A stretch of DNA of 64,000 nt, taken from NCBI GenBank assembly GCA_030770535.1, contig JASVEC010000016.1, positions 434,001 to 498,000 of the forward strand. Reading direction: 5' to 3'. Positions 23,664-37,440 of the stretch are shown piece by piece. Every line of letters begins with the position of its first letter. The first letter of the stretch is position 1. A model generated the notes under the pieces. That model worked only from the letters and a program-made list of their open reading frames with translations. It made no database searches and was not told where the DNA came from. Origin of the DNA: Batkoa obscura. Taxonomy: Eukaryota. A program made the position numbers and the translations under genes.

Positions 23664-25034
23664 ATGGTACAAAAAGTGCGCGAACAAAAGATTCAACAAA
23701 GAGCTAGTGAATTCAAATCCGATGCTAGTGAAGCCGCTACCCATGCTGCTAGCGCTGCCAAAGAAGGTGCTGCTTACGTCACTGAAGCTGTAAAAGGTAA
23801 TATTGTTGACCCTGCCAAAAAGGTTGGGCAAAAAGCTGGCTCCATCGTTACTGATAATATCGCTACCGCTACTGAATATTTGTCTGAAAATGTAGTTGAT
23901 GCTACTGAATATATTAAGGATAGAGCTGAAGATGGTAAGGAATATGTTAAAGAAAGGGCAGAGGATGCTAAAGCTTATGTCAAAGGAAAGGCTGAAGGTG
24001 CTAAAGAGTATGTAGATGAAACCGTTGAAGATGCTAAGGGTTATGCCCATAAGAGAGCAAAAGAAGTTAAAAAGGAAGGTAAACATGTCAAAGGTTTACT
24101 TCGAAATCTTGGTGATCAGTATTATAATATTTTTGTTTCACCGGTCTCTTATCGACTTTCGGATTCTTATCGAAGTGCAGCTCGTACTTGGAATAAGTTC
24201 CATAGTTCCCTTTATCGCCCAGCCAAATCCTATAATGAAAAGAGCACCGAAGAATATCTGGAAAAACTTAAGGGTTTTTTTGATAAGGATGCTATTGAAA
24301 ATGAACCCAAGCTCAAAGAGGCCTTTGATTATATTTTAAATTCTGCTCATTCTGCTAAAAACAGTGCAGGTGAAGCTTTATCCGAAGCTAAAGATAAGAT
24401 TACTGATACCCTAAAGGATGGTTATGAAAATGTAGCTCAAACTGGAGAACAAACTAAAGATTACTGGAATTCCATTTCAAATAGTATTACTGAATCATTA
24501 AGTCTTAAGACTAGTCCAAGAGGATATTGGAGAAATATTTATCAAAGTATTGAGGATCAAAATAATCCAATTGCTGCCCCAATCTCTACTCTTGGTTATG
24601 CTCCAGCACCAATCACTTCCTTTTACCTTGGACTTATGACTATTCTTTACACAATGACTTTGTTAAAGAAATGGACTTGGGCCTATGGTTCATTACTTAT
24701 TAAAGAAACCGTTAAAGATGGGAATGGTACAGTATACGCTGAAAAGAAAACAGAAATTAAAGATGTTCATCCATCATCAACTAGTGAATTACAAAGATTT
24801 GAACAACCCTATTGGATTGTAGCTGTGTTTGGGAATTTACTACTACTTGAGTTAAATGATTATTCTAATTTAATAGTTCAATTATTTTTTATTCTAACTG
24901 TTGGATTTTCAGTATTATCTTCCTTTGTTCATCCATCTTATTCTCAATGGGTTACTTATACTCCTTATTATGGATTATTAATAGCTTCCGCTTTGAATAT
25001 TTTTACTGGGTTATTCCAGGTTCCCCTTCTTTAA
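23664..25034 (+). CDS. LEA-like (11-mer repeat) protein with C-terminal transmembrane helices
   Basis: Repeats such as AEDAKAYVKGK/AEGAKEYVDET; hydrophobic C-terminal segments; upstream TATA at ~23605. Confidence 0.6.
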   Translation: MVQKVREQKIQQRASEFKSDASEAATHAASAAKEGAAYVTEAVKGNIVDPAKKVGQKAGSIVTDNIATATEYLSENVVDATEYIKDRAEDGKEYVKERAEDAKAYVKGKAEGAKEYVDETVEDAKGYAHKRAKEVKKEGKHVKGLLRNLGDQYYNIFVSPVSYRLSDSYRSAARTWNKFHSSLYRPAKSYNEKSTEEYLEKLKGFFDKDAIENEPKLKEAFDYILNSAHSAKNSAGEALSEAKDKITDTLKDGYENVAQTGEQTKDYWNSISNSITESLSLKTSPRGYWRNIYQSIEDQNNPIAAPISTLGYAPAPITSFYLGLMTILYTMTLLKKWTWAYGSLLIKETVKDGNGTVYAEKKTEIKDVHPSSTSELQRFEQPYWIVAVFGNLLLLELNDYSNLIVQLFFILTVGFSVLSSFVHPSYSQWVTYTPYYGLLIASALNIFTGLFQVPLL

Positions 25035-25350
25035 ATTGTAGTGGAATTATATTGGTATAATTTTAAATATTATATATATTTAGAATTTAGCTTTTTTATT
25101 ATAATAAAATTTATTAGCTTATATAAATTATTTTAATTTGAATCGTTTATTTGAGTTTTAAATTTGAGAGGTAATGGTAAATATATAAAGTTAAATAAAA
25201 CATAAATATCATAAATGATTTTTAACCTTATTTAACAATTCAACATAATAAACAATAAACAGTAGATATCATAGACAGTATAAAAAGAAAAATAAACTTT
25301 GTTCAACAAATAAGGTAACAACATAAATAGCCTGTAATTCATTCTCATCC

Positions 25351-28204
25351 TTAAACTTCTCTCTCGATCTGTTCCACTAACCTAATAGAGGTTTTAACTA
25401 CTTCCAACAATTTGACATTCTCCTGTGTATCTCCTAAAATATGGAGTGGTTGCCATTGTACTCTTTCCCCCAATAACAATCCTTTATTACCCTGAAAATA
25501 CTTGGACCAATCTCGATGATAAGTTTCTAATTGATAATAAGGAGGCAAATGGTTATGATCTAAATATCCATTGACCTTATTATCATCATCTTCTTTGATT
25601 AAATTATAAACCTCAATTCGATTTAAATCACATCCAATATTTTCAGTTAATTTAAACCCTTCTTTAGTTTTTAACTTAATACTATTGATTTTTAAGATAC
25701 CAGGTATGTTTTTATATGCTATACTTTGATCTTTAGGACTATTATTTAAAAAAGTAATATTAAAGTTAATATACCATATTGTGTAGATTATTATAGAACT
25801 TACTTACAAGTAAATGAATTTAAAAATGTTTTGATCCATTTGAGCTTCACTGGTAATAATACTCTAGTAGATAAACTAATTTGAAAATCCAATTTACTAA
25901 ATTAAAGTTAGTGATATTAAAAATAGGAGTTAATAAATGTATTTCAAGTTACCGATCTAATGAAGACCAATTAATTTTAGTATGGTAATGTTTAGATGAA
26001 ATAACTTTAATTAATTGCATTGTAAAATAGCTAATATAAATTTTAATAGGCTTCATTTCATTATTATTCATTTGTTTTATCATTCCTTTAAGTTCAAATA
26101 CTTTATGTGATGTTATTACATTCGATAAAAAGTTTTTTACTTTTAATATAACAGATTCATCTTCACTTAAACTATAAAACAGAAATAATAAATAAAATAA
26201 TAAATAATAATAACAATCTTACCAATTAAAAAAGTAAGTTTGACTTTTATATTGATTCATAACGATATCGTTAATACTTGTATAATCCCATATTTTTTTA
26301 TTTACATTTAAATTGGGTATTATATAAAATATTTTACCGAATCTATAATAGTAAAGTAATATAAATATGAATGTTATAAATATCCTATAAATAAGCTTAC
26401 TTTATCTTTAAATCAACTTCACCATAGTGAGAAGATGCTTCACCTAAGCCATGTACTAATTCTTTGTGTAAAAAATCCCAATTATATTTTCTACGGCTAC
26501 AAAATAAAAATAAAAATAAGAATAAAAATAATATATAAATTAATAATGACAATGACAATAATATATAGTAAACTTACTTTAAGCCAGGTAATTTCTTTGG
26601 TTTATTTTCTAAATTAAAATCTACTCCTTGATATTTATTACTTTTATAATACACTCTTTGATTTGAATCCATAAATTTTATATCAGAGTTGCTAAAAAAA
26701 TCTTGTTGATTTTGTTCATTTCGATTTAATGTATTTGATCTCATTGGAACTATATTTTAACAATAGATTATTATCATATACTGCTATATTAATATAGTAA
26801 ATAATATTACCGTTTTTATCTCCTGTACTTTCATTATCATCTGAACTTGATACTTCTAATACAGAATCCCAACGTATTTTTACTATTTTTTGATTTCTTG
26901 GTCTCGTTCTTTTATTAATATTATTAGTAAAATTATACTTCATAATATCTTCTTCTCTATCTGATGTATTTTCATGAAAACCAAAATGAGGTGGCTTGAA
27001 TCTTGATTTTTTGATAATACCAAATTTATTTTCCAGCTTAGGCAAATAATTCAGTATATCCGGATGTGTCATACCATTTGATAATGTAAAATTAATATCA
27101 TCTTTTTTTATGGCTGTTATTGGCAAATATAACTGATATCTTTTTTGTCGACTTAATTTTAGATTTAAATGGTAGTCCTTTAAATTATAAATGTAAAATT
27201 GTCTAGGTATTAATTGTGGAAAAGGTACAAAACAAATCTGTTGTTCAATATCAGCTAAAGGATAATGAAATAAAGATATTGGAATTCTTATATTTTTTAT
27301 TGATAACTAGAAATGAAAATAAAAATAAAAAATATTGTTTATTCTTATTATTATAATTACCTTGGTATCAACAAAGCAACTTAATCTTTGATAGCCCAAT
27401 TCTACTTTATCTGGGTCTTCGGAAGCGATAGTGATACGGTTATTATTCTCAATTTTAAATTCAGCTTGAGTTTGTTCCGTTAACATATGTAACCAATTTT
27501 CACCAAAAGGGGAAATAAAAAAAGCTCTTAAATTTAAAGTTTCAACTGGAAACTCATAGACTTTACAGTTATCGACAATATCATCTTCACTATCATCTTC
27601 ATACATACTATCACTACTTGGATAAGAACTGTGATGAGTTCTTACCTCTTTTCCGTTTCTTGGGGTGTTAAAACTTTCCCTTTCTTCTTCCATAGATCCA
27701 CCATAGCTACAATCACTTGACTGTTGTTGATTACCTTCTGTTTCACTATCACTATCCATTACTGGTAAATAATCTGGTACTTTTTTATACATTGATACCA
27801 TATCACTTATCTTTTTAGTAATTAACCATTCTCTATTAAAATGTTAATTAATTTATAAATAAATTACTTTTATTTTAAAATATCCAACTTTACGCTTTAT
27901 TCACTGATTTTTGGTTATTACCACATATTTTGATAGACTATAGAGGGTATAAATTGTAAGTTGTCATTATTTTAGTTTTTAAAATAGATTATTACCTTCT
28001 TTTTAGATAGAAACTGAATATCGCAATGAGCGTATTTGGCTACTTTTCTATACAATTTATCATTAATAATTTATAAATTTAAATTATTTAAATTTACTCA
28101 ATAGCTTCTTTTAATTCCTCAAGTTCATTCTTAGCCCATTGAAATGGTACAGTGATATTTAATACCAGTTGACGAGGAGATTGACCAGGCCCATGGGTTG
28201 TCAT
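25351..28204 (-). CDS. Multi-exon hypothetical protein with possible degenerate KH-like domain
   Basis: ORF pieces 27307..27801, 26716..27126 and 25351..25548 joined by GT-AG introns; putative start MTTHGPGQ at 28204; exon boundaries approximate. Confidence 0.55.
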
Positions 28205-28500
28205 TTTTCTTGTTAAATGAAAGAATTGAACTGAAAATAAGAATGATTTTATACTTTATTTTTTTAATTTTTTTGCATTAAAAGTTTCATCATAAATTAT
28301 TCAATTTAGTTAACATTATATAAATTGTATTAAAGTTTATTTTATTAATAGTTTAATTTATTTTTAACTATTCTGCTATTTTATTTAATATATCAGATGT
28401 TTGATATGTTCCATCACATTTTGAACCCAGTTTGGCTATTATTTTATAATCTATTTTAGTATTTAATTGATGCTCTATTTAACATTTAAAACTATGATAT

Positions 28501-28591
28501 GGTGATGTGTTTTTTTTGAATTTTACTAATAACTTTTCCACTCAAACAGTGCTCAAAAATAGAAAAAGTAATGAAATAAAAAAAAACCTCC
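28501..28591. mobile_element. MITE
   Basis: GGTGATGT...ACCTCC, ATAT TSD. Confidence 0.85.
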
Positions 28592-29802
28592 ATATGATAA
28601 ACACTAAAAACAAAAATTATTCATGGCGAAACAAGCAATCTACTAATAAATAAATAAAATATAAACAATGTAAATCTAACAACTATAATTTTTAATTAAT
28701 ATATTTGAAAAATTAACCCAATGCCATTTTTAAACTACTCTTCAAAGGTTGCTGTTGACTAGCAACATGAGTAAAAACAGGTTCGTTACTATCTACTATA
28801 GTGTCTTGTTGATTAACTACCTCTTTCCTACTTTTTATTAGTTTTACTTGATTAGTAACATCAAAAATATTGGAATTACTGCAATTTACTACAGTACTCT
28901 CCTTAGGCTGATCCTTGAGTATTACTTTATATACAACACCCTGCTGGCAAACATATCTTGATTAACACCTAATTGGATGGGTTATAAGTTAACTGTTAAA
29001 CCTGGTACGTTAATAGCTAACCAAGGTTTATTCCCTCGCTTAGAAGGCTTCTTATTACCACTAAGCATACTTTCAAACCAACTATTGAATTCTCCTTCCT
29101 TTGAATTATTAGAATTAAAAGTTTACTATTTCTACCACAAATATCTTAATGGGTAGCATTTGTCTTTCCGTTAATTGCAATATTATCATCTTCAGCTACT
29201 GGGGCTGGTTTTGAATCTAAGGCATAAATGAGTTGGTTTTTTGAGGATAAGTGAGCGTTGGTTTTATCTAGAAGTTTACTAATAGCAGATGAACATACTT
29301 TTTTTTATCCCTTGTTTTAAATTAGTTTGATAATATGCTTCTATAGTTAAGAGGACAATGAATGTGAGAAAAAGTGAATTGAGTTTCCTTATTTTTATTT
29401 GTTACTATTAACGACTATGTTTGAGAGGGAATATTTATAGTATTTCAAGACAGTTGTCATTACAATTTATTTGAATAATTTTAGTTTTTAGTATTAAGTT
29501 AATTTATTAGCTTGGAAGGTTGGAGTTTAAATCTGTACTCAAATTAGAACCTTTGATTTGTTAAATGTGTATTAGTTTTATCAGAAATTAATATTTTTAG
29601 TTTATTTATTTTTGATTAATACTAAATTTTAAAATTAATATAACAATTAAAATCTAGATAATTTAACTTTAGTCATATTTTATTGTATTTATTTGATAAA
29701 AATAGTTACATTAAATCAAAAATAACATCTCATTAAAAAATATTTATAAAAATACAAATGTTTTAATCCTCATATTATTCCATCCTTTCATGATTTTTCC
29801 CC

Positions 29803-30955
29803 CTATTTTGATTGACAATACTCTTGAAACAACTCAGCGAAAGATTCCCTCAACTAAGTAAAAAAGTCAATTACAATCCTCATAAAAACTAGAAACTTTT
29901 TTTACCTGTTCTGATACCACTTTTGAATTCGTCAAATAAGCCAATAATAAAGTATTTGGTAACCAAGTACCTTGAATATTACCTTTATGGTTATTATCAA
30001 CAATAACATCAATACCTTCTGAATTCTTTACAAATAAATAAGAAGCATTCATAGGTATCACTCCCTTAGGGAAATAATGGGAGAATTCATTTAATTGATC
30101 CAAATAAACCTAAAATAATAAGACATTAAATAACAATAGACAACATAAATAGTACCTGTTTTTCTTTTTCTTCTATTGGACCGCTCGTTTGTTTCTCTAA
30201 ATGGTATTTTAAATTCCTAGTCAATCCACCTTTTAAATGTGGGCCATTCGTTGCTCTTACAGGAACTTAAAATAGAGTTAATCTGTACAAATTAATAATA
30301 AACAATCTTCTTACTTATATTCACTGCAAATAATGCTTTTGAATCAATCAATTGCTTAATAAATTGATTGCAATATTCTTTATCCAAGAGAAATTTTTCT
30401 TTATCAAAATCCTAAATATTAATTATTAGCATTCTATATTACATATATATAACACAAAACTTACTTTAAACTCTTTATTCTTCTTTAAAAACTCTTTTAA
30501 CCCTCTCTCTTCAATATAAACGGCCACTGAATAAGCTTGAAACTTTAAAATAGTAACAGTTCTCACACCCATACCCATTAATTGATATTTTTTATTTAAT
30601 ACATATAATTCGCTATCATAATTGATGCCAGAAGCTTTTTCAGCTAAATAAATATGCATTAGCTCAAGGGAATTAGTTAGAATTTATCGATTATGAACTA
30701 CTTTTAAAATCCTTGGCTACGCCTTCATTTTTTATCATTTGAGTTTTAAACAAACTATAACCTAAACCAATACCAGCGCCGATAATAAAACTTTTTTTGA
30801 GGATCGAATTGCTGTTGTTATTACCCTAGAAAATAATATAAATTTATCTAAAATTTTTCATTCTTCGTCTCGCGCTTCACTTCACTTACCTTACTACTAT
30901 AGTATTTCCTACTCAAAGGCTTAATTTGTTTTATTGTATTGAGTAATAAACGCAT
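29803..30955 (-). CDS. Mitochondrial chalcone-isomerase-fold protein (Aim18/Aim46-like), multi-exon
   Basis: MRLLLNTIKQIKPLSRKYYSS presequence; YQLMGMGVRTVTILKFQAYSVAVYI; VPVRATNGPHLKGG; LLLAYL...VSE. Confidence 0.8.
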
Positions 30956-31113
30956 TTCAATTTAGAAAACGGAGTTGATGAAGCTGATTTACTTTTAATT
31001 TGAAAAATAGAAATGTTAAGTTTCCAATTTTGTCAAAATTTATTGATGACAATGCATTAAATTGCTTTGTCAAAAAAAGTATTAAAATAAGATACTCACA
31101 AAGAGACACAAAT

Positions 31114-31186
31114 GGGGTAGTAGCTCAATCGGTAGAGTACTCGCTTTGCATGCGAGGGGCACGGGGATCGAAACCCTGCTACTCCA
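31114..31186 (+). tRNA. tRNA-Ala(TGC)
   Basis: Acceptor GGGGTAG/CTACTCC+A with G3:U70; anticodon arm CTCGC-TTTGCAT-GCGAG; T-loop ATCGAAA. Confidence 0.95.
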
Positions 31187-31803
31187 TATAATCACCATCC
31201 TTATGGTTTTTTTTGCCAAATCTTATCCGAGTTGGCTACAAATTATGATAGTTTTTTTTAAGTTAAATTACAATACTAATTAAATTTGTTTTTTAAAACA
31301 TTTATGGGTATAAATAAATTAAAACATGATATCTATTCATTTATACCTCAATATGTCACTTTTTATTTACAGATTGTAAGATTTTAAAGAAACAGGCTTA
31401 TAGCAGTCCTCTTTAATTTAAATCCTAACAACCAACTCATAAATCTAAATTGTTCACTTCATCATTCAGCTTAATTCAAATGAATTTACATTTCCAGAAT
31501 ACTTAACTTTCATCATACCTAGAGTTAATATAATATAATATTATATTATGCTAACGTTCAGGATGAATGTGAATAAAAGGCTTTAATATTTTATATTTGT
31601 TTCTAATTTAATAATTTAAAAATTATAATCAGTGTTTTACCAAATCATCCTTTATGAATGCAGAATCAAAAAAATATTCAGAAGTTTCTTTAGTAAGTTT
31701 AAGTGCAATAGCTTTATAATTATTTATTATTTAATTCTCTTTTAAAAACTATGGCATAGAAATAAGTAGTTAAATGCTTATTTTTTAAAACATTTAAGCA
31801 TAT

Positions 31804-31903
31804 GGGGATGTATTTTTGTGTTTAAGAATTCTATTAACAAATTTTCCGCTTAAATAGCGCTCAAAAAATGGAAAAAATAGTAAAGCCAAGGAAAAACACT
31901 CTC
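31804..31903. mobile_element. MITE
   Basis: GGGGATGT...ACACTCTC, ATAT TSD. Confidence 0.9.
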
Positions 31904-31949
31904 ATATTTTAAATCTTGACTCTTGTTTATAAAAATAAACCTCATTTAT

Positions 31950-33114
31950 TTAAATATCACAACCCTTTAAAGAATCCTCACCATAACGTTCTCCTTTAAC
32001 TTGAATCTTTTGAACCAACTCTCGAATCTGTTTATTCTCTTCTTCACTCAACTTAATTTTATGTGATTCGACATTTTCCTCAAGATATTTGACTCTTTTA
32101 GTACCTGGAATAGGAATAATATCGTCTCCTTGAGCTAATACCCAAGCTAAGCATAATTGAGAAGCTTTAATACCTTTGTTATTAGCAATCTCTTCTAATT
32201 TACTAACAATTTGAGAGTTATGTTTGGTACTTTCTTCGCTGAATCTAGGGTTAGTAACTCTATAATCATCTTTTTCTAATTTTTCAACATTCAATTTTCC
32301 AGTTAAAAACCCACGGCCTAATGGGGAGTAAGCTACAACGGCTACCCCTAATTCTCGACAAGCTTGTAATAGACCATTCTTTTCAATAAAAGTTTCCCAT
32401 GGACTTTATAAAAAGAAAAATATATTAGATTTTTATTTTTGGTTAACAATTAAATAATTTACCTATATTCTACTTGTACAGCAGATATTGGATGTACTTT
32501 ATGTGCTCTTCTAAGGGTCTCTGCACTGCACTCGGATAATCCCAAATATCTTACTTTACCTTCTTTAACTAATTCAGCCATAGCTCCAACTGTTTCTTCG
32601 ATTGGACTAAAAAATATTATATTAAACAAAATAAACTATACTAAAGCAAAACCATACGTATTAGGATCAACTCTATGCTGGTAATATAAATCAATGGTAT
32701 CAATACCTAATCTTTTTAAACTAGCATCACAACATTCCTTAACATATTCTTTATCTCCCCGTATTTCCACTTTTTTAAGCTCTTGATTGTAAGTAATTGA
32801 AAATTTAGTGCATAAAAAGATTTCATTTCTACGTTCTTTTAATACTTTAGATATCAAAATTTCGTTGGCACCCAAACCATAAATATCCTATAAGAAAAAT
32901 TTGTTAGTTCTTCTAGCGGTAAAAGCAAGAAAAATAAACTTGCTGAAGTATCCCAAAAGGTACAACCTAAATCAATAGCTTTATTTAGAGTCTCCAAATT
33001 TTCTTGTTCATTAGTGGTGCCGTAAAAAGCACTCATACCCATACAGCCTAATCCTATACTGGATACTTGGGGTCCATTTTTACCTAATTGACGTGTTGGT
33101 AATTTACTCATCAT
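31950..33114 (-). CDS. Aldo-keto reductase (YakC/AKR13-like), copy 1, 4 exons
   Basis: [61 protein letters not shown]. Confidence 0.92.
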
Positions 33115-33560
33115 TGCTTCGCTGTTTATGAGTTTTTTTATTAGTTGAATGTGATTTGTCTCTACTTTTATAGTTTTTGGGCTAAAACTTAGCTCCGACT
33201 TCCTGTCTTTTACAATGATGTCGGATTTACTATGTAACAAATTGCTTATTATATAAGTCCGATTTTTTTGACATGAAAGCTAAATTGAGCTTGTTTCAAA
33301 AACGTCATCAAAAAAATATGTAAAGTTGCTATATTTTTGATCTTATTTTTAGATTAGCAAAAATAGTAACAATTATAGTGCATGATAAGCTGCTGTTGTT
33401 ATTATATATAAAGATCTTTATAGGGTCAAAGTAGCCAGTATATTGATTAGTAGATAGCTCTTTAACGCGATGCTGGTAATCAAATTGGCAAAACTTGTAA
33501 ATAATAAATAAAGATCTTTAAAAAGCAAACTAGTTAAAATAAAAAACCAAATAAACATCA

Positions 33561-33650
33561 GGATTTTTTGTTTCATCACTTTTTCCCATTCCCGGACGCT
33601 ATTAAGAGGAAAAATGTCAGTAAATTTCTTAAATAAAAAAAGACACCTCC
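33561..33650. mobile_element. MITE, degenerate
   Basis: Internal similarity to the family; ends ACACCTCC. Confidence 0.6.
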
Positions 33651-34374
33651 ATCCTTGAATTTTCTTGGTTATCTATCTAAAGTGGCAAATTGACTTAGTT
33701 AAGGCATAAAAAACTCTAGAAGTAAAAGGCTATGAAAAACAAAGTTGGGCAATTAAAAATAATGGGGAGTGTCTATTACTTTTGCAACTGGGACCAGTCC
33801 AGTGCTTGGGGCTAGATTAAGTACTTAAGGGTGAATTTGGTTCTGTAGTAAAGATATTTTAATTCCCAAATGAGATTTTCCTGATTCAGCTCCAAAAGCT
33901 TTGTGCAGTAGCAGAATATTGATAAATTTATAGACAGGATATTAAAGTTACAGTTGATGAATTAGATTACGCCTGTAACTAGAAATGTCCAGATGAAACC
34001 GTTAAAGTTAGAAGGCAGAGTGAAAGCGAATTTAAAAGAGTAATCCTATTTGTAAGAAAGATCAAACTTATGCCCAAGGCTGAAAGTATACAAGGAGTAA
34101 AATATGTGAATCATTACACAACATGTAAAGTAATGTTTAGTATTTCATTTTTCGTAAATAAAACACTCATATGAGACAGTCTCGAAGATTGAGAATAGCG
34201 TATTGTGAGAGTAAAAGATAGGCTTAATAATAGATGTCCTTGAAGTTGAATATATATTTTTAAATAATCAAATAATTGTAAGAAATGCTTCCTTAACTAA
34301 CGTTATACTTTTTACTATAGTTCAATTGAAAATTATGTTTAATTATTAGACTTACTAGCTAATAGATAATATGC

Positions 34375-34473
34375 GGGAATGTATTTTTATATTTGAGAAT
34401 TTTACTAACAGCTTTTCCACTCCAATAGGGCTTAAAGGATGTAAAAAGTGATGAAGCTAAAAAAAACACTCCT
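34375..34473. mobile_element. MITE
   Basis: GGGAATGT...ACACTCCT; TSD degenerate. Confidence 0.8.
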
Positions 34474-35246
34474 ACGTTTTTATCTATAGTTTTAAAAAAT
34501 TTAAAAAAAATACTTATAAGTAATCAAAGTGCTGAAATAGAAGGGATATTTTCAGATAGTATACTGCCACATCAGCAAATAGTCCAAAAATTTTCACGAG
34601 TTTATAAACAAAGTCCTTAAATGATAAAATCAGAAATAATAATACCATTCAGCCTTTTTATCTTTTAATTGATTTTAACAATTGTACATTTAGATCTCTT
34701 TTAGGTCATAGATTAGTCTTGAGCACAAGATAAAGAAAAAGCGAATAAAAAATGAACATAACATTTATTTTTAAAGTGATGCTGCCAAATGTATACAATA
34801 AAATCCCCTATTGACAGTGCAATAAAATGTTGTAAGGGTAATTGGCTCACGAAATAAATTTACAATTCAAGTATATGGGGTTTATAACTTTAAAAAAATT
34901 CAAAGTTGTATAAAATTAATGTCTTTCAAAGTTTTAAGTTGAAGCATGAAAGTAAGTGAAACTTAGTAGCTTAATCAAAATCCTTAAAAAATAGTTCATT
35001 CATTACTTTCATATTGATCTTCTCAAAGTAACAAACTATATATTTCTTAAGGACATGTTTAACATTATGGAATATTAAATGAAGTTAGCTTTGTTTTATC
35101 TTAATGAAGCAAAATTCCGCCTTTGAAAAAGAATTGATGTTACTAAAAATAAGTTATATTAACAGTTCAAGCTTTAACTTAAATAATGAAGGACATCACA
35201 AACCTAATAATAACAAGGGTTCAATTAACTTACATTTAAACTATAT

Positions 35247-35344
35247 GGGGATGTTTTTTTGACTTCATTACTTTTTCCATTTTTTAAGCGCTATTTAAGT
35301 GGAGAATTTGTTAGTAAAATTCTTAAATATAAAAATACATTCCC
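35247..35344. mobile_element. MITE
   Basis: GGGGATGT...ACATTCCC, ATAT TSD. Confidence 0.9.
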
Positions 35345-35411
35345 ATATGAACAGCGATCAATTAACTGAAACTCAAAGCAGCTTTTAAGATTCAAATGAA
35401 AAATAGCGATA

Positions 35412-37325
35412 ATGTCTAAAGAGTTAAAGTTGATACAGTATTTAGTAACTGTCCATAAGGCAAAGATTTTTTAGAGAGATATATCAAATTAGGATTAAAA
35501 ACAAGAGGAGAGGCGATAAAAGATAGAATAAGAAAACTCAAACTTTAGCTATTTAGGATTTTCAAGTTAATTGAAAGTTTATACCATACTAATGGAGATG
35601 TAATTGATTTACATTCTGGAACCTATTTTTATGATAAAAACGGAGTTAAGGATATGAGAAAGGTTTAAGGTGAGTATTAAAGTAGTTTAAAAATATTCAA
35701 AAAATTAATGATAAAAAAGAGTTGCTGAAGCAAGGAAAAAGTTTGAAAAAGAAATTTAATATGGTTGAAGAAAAGTTAAGTACTCAATTCGGTTTTTAAT
35801 AATTTTTTGATCATTAAGAAATCGAACTGGGAAGGAGAGGGGGTATGTAGGAAACTTAGAAAACTCGTTTGAATATGGCTCTTTTCTAGAAACCAGTACT
35901 CATTTCCATAACTGTTTGTCTCGTAGCTATAGCTAACGTTTTAAACCTAGAGTGCTAGTAAATTATATTAAACAATATAATCCAAGTTTTGTATCTAAAT
36001 CTTTGATGATTTGTTTAAGTTTTGACTGTTTCTTTAACTCAAGTTAATTTTGAAGAAACATGACAACATTGCTTAAATATTATGTAATCTTTAGTCTTCC
36101 AAGCTTGTGATAATCTAGGTTTGGAGACATCCAAGTATTGTATTTATTTTATGAGATTTCTTTAATTGAAAATAATAGTGATTTATCTTCTCAGCTTTTG
36201 ACTTCATCTATAAGGGCATTTTATGTGTTAGATATTGGTAATTTGATATTTGATCAATTGCATCCCAAAAGTAAAAATGAGGATACAAAGTCTATCAAAT
36301 TAAAAAAGTGGTTTTATATACTTGTTTCTTCTAAAATTAATCAAACATTTATGAACCTTTTTCCGACTATCAAAGAACATGGTTTAGCTGAGTTAGAACC
36401 TATTTGTTATCTTATTATTCGTCACTTTAAATGCAAGGATAAGGATGAAGTGGGTTGTATGAAGGCGTTTTTATTAAATACAATACAGGAAAATCTAGCT
36501 GCTTTTTTAATCTTTAATCATCTTAAGAAAATGATTAAGGGAGCTAAGAACATTAGATCTATATTCTATAATCAGCCTATTTTATCAAATAGGAAATTTC
36601 AACTTGTCCAGGAGCATATTAATAAGTACTATAATAGTTGTAGCAAATCCTCAAGAAATGCGATTACAGATATTGATCAACTCATCAATATAAAGAACTA
36701 TTTATGCGTATTTCCCAAGAATTATACATATCAATATCACAGAATTCACGAAATCAAAAGAAATGTGTCCGTTTATATATATCAGTTGTTTTTAGTTCAT
36801 CTTACAATGATTAATAAAGCTATTTGTGTAACTACCCATTCAGTCTATTTGTCAACAATATTAGAAATTTCTTTAAGGGTTATAATAATGTTTTGTGTTC
36901 CAACATTCAATTATTTGGACTATATACTAAACTAAAAAGCTATAGAACATTTGAGTTAACATCCAATATATAGTGTAGTCTCGTAATATTTAAATAAGTA
37001 ACCTTATGTTATTAATAAAGAAAAAAGCAAGGATTGTTTAATGGTTCTTTAGAACTTAGGTTTTAAGTATCTATTGTTTTCGTTTTATGCTCTGTGGCAA
37101 GCATCTTCTTCTCCTTCTACCCCAAGTTTATATTATTTTAATATAGATAGTAAACTATAATCGAAACTATAATTGTTGAGTCATTCCATATTTATGAACT
37201 TTCCATGGTGATTGATAGTATCAAAAATACAATAGATCGATTTTGTAGTTAATAAAATCAAGAAGCTTGTTGATTCCTTTCAAAAGGATGAAGAAGTTAA
37301 ACTGAAATCTATTAGCATGTTTAAG
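35412..37325 (+). pseudogene. Pseudogene paralog of the TF-like gene at 6792..8738
   Basis: Colinear motifs (NSFEYGSFLETS, INKYYNS, NYLC, LEISLR, LFSFYAL) broken by stops and frameshifts; residual ORF 36138..36935. Confidence 0.8.
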
Positions 37326-37440
37326 TAAACTTATTATTTTAGTGCTTTATGGTCATGTTTATATTGTTAACAAATTGCTGGGACAGATCTAATTACATAA
37401 AATTTACTCTTCAATAAAAACTTTAATAGCTCCTACTCTC

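Noticed and set aside
28690..29345. Coding-like relic on minus strand, possibly a distant GK-family member
   Set aside because: Many stops; similarity too weak to support by eye
31000..31191. 63-aa ORF
   Set aside because: Overlaps tRNA-Ala; chance reading frame
33700..34130. GC-elevated, coding-like fragment on plus strand
   Set aside because: Fragmented and no recognisable family
8915..35344. A MITE upstream of both the TF-like gene and its pseudogene as a shared ancestral insertion
   Set aside because: Different TSDs and different distances to the ATG; MITE density makes independent insertion likely
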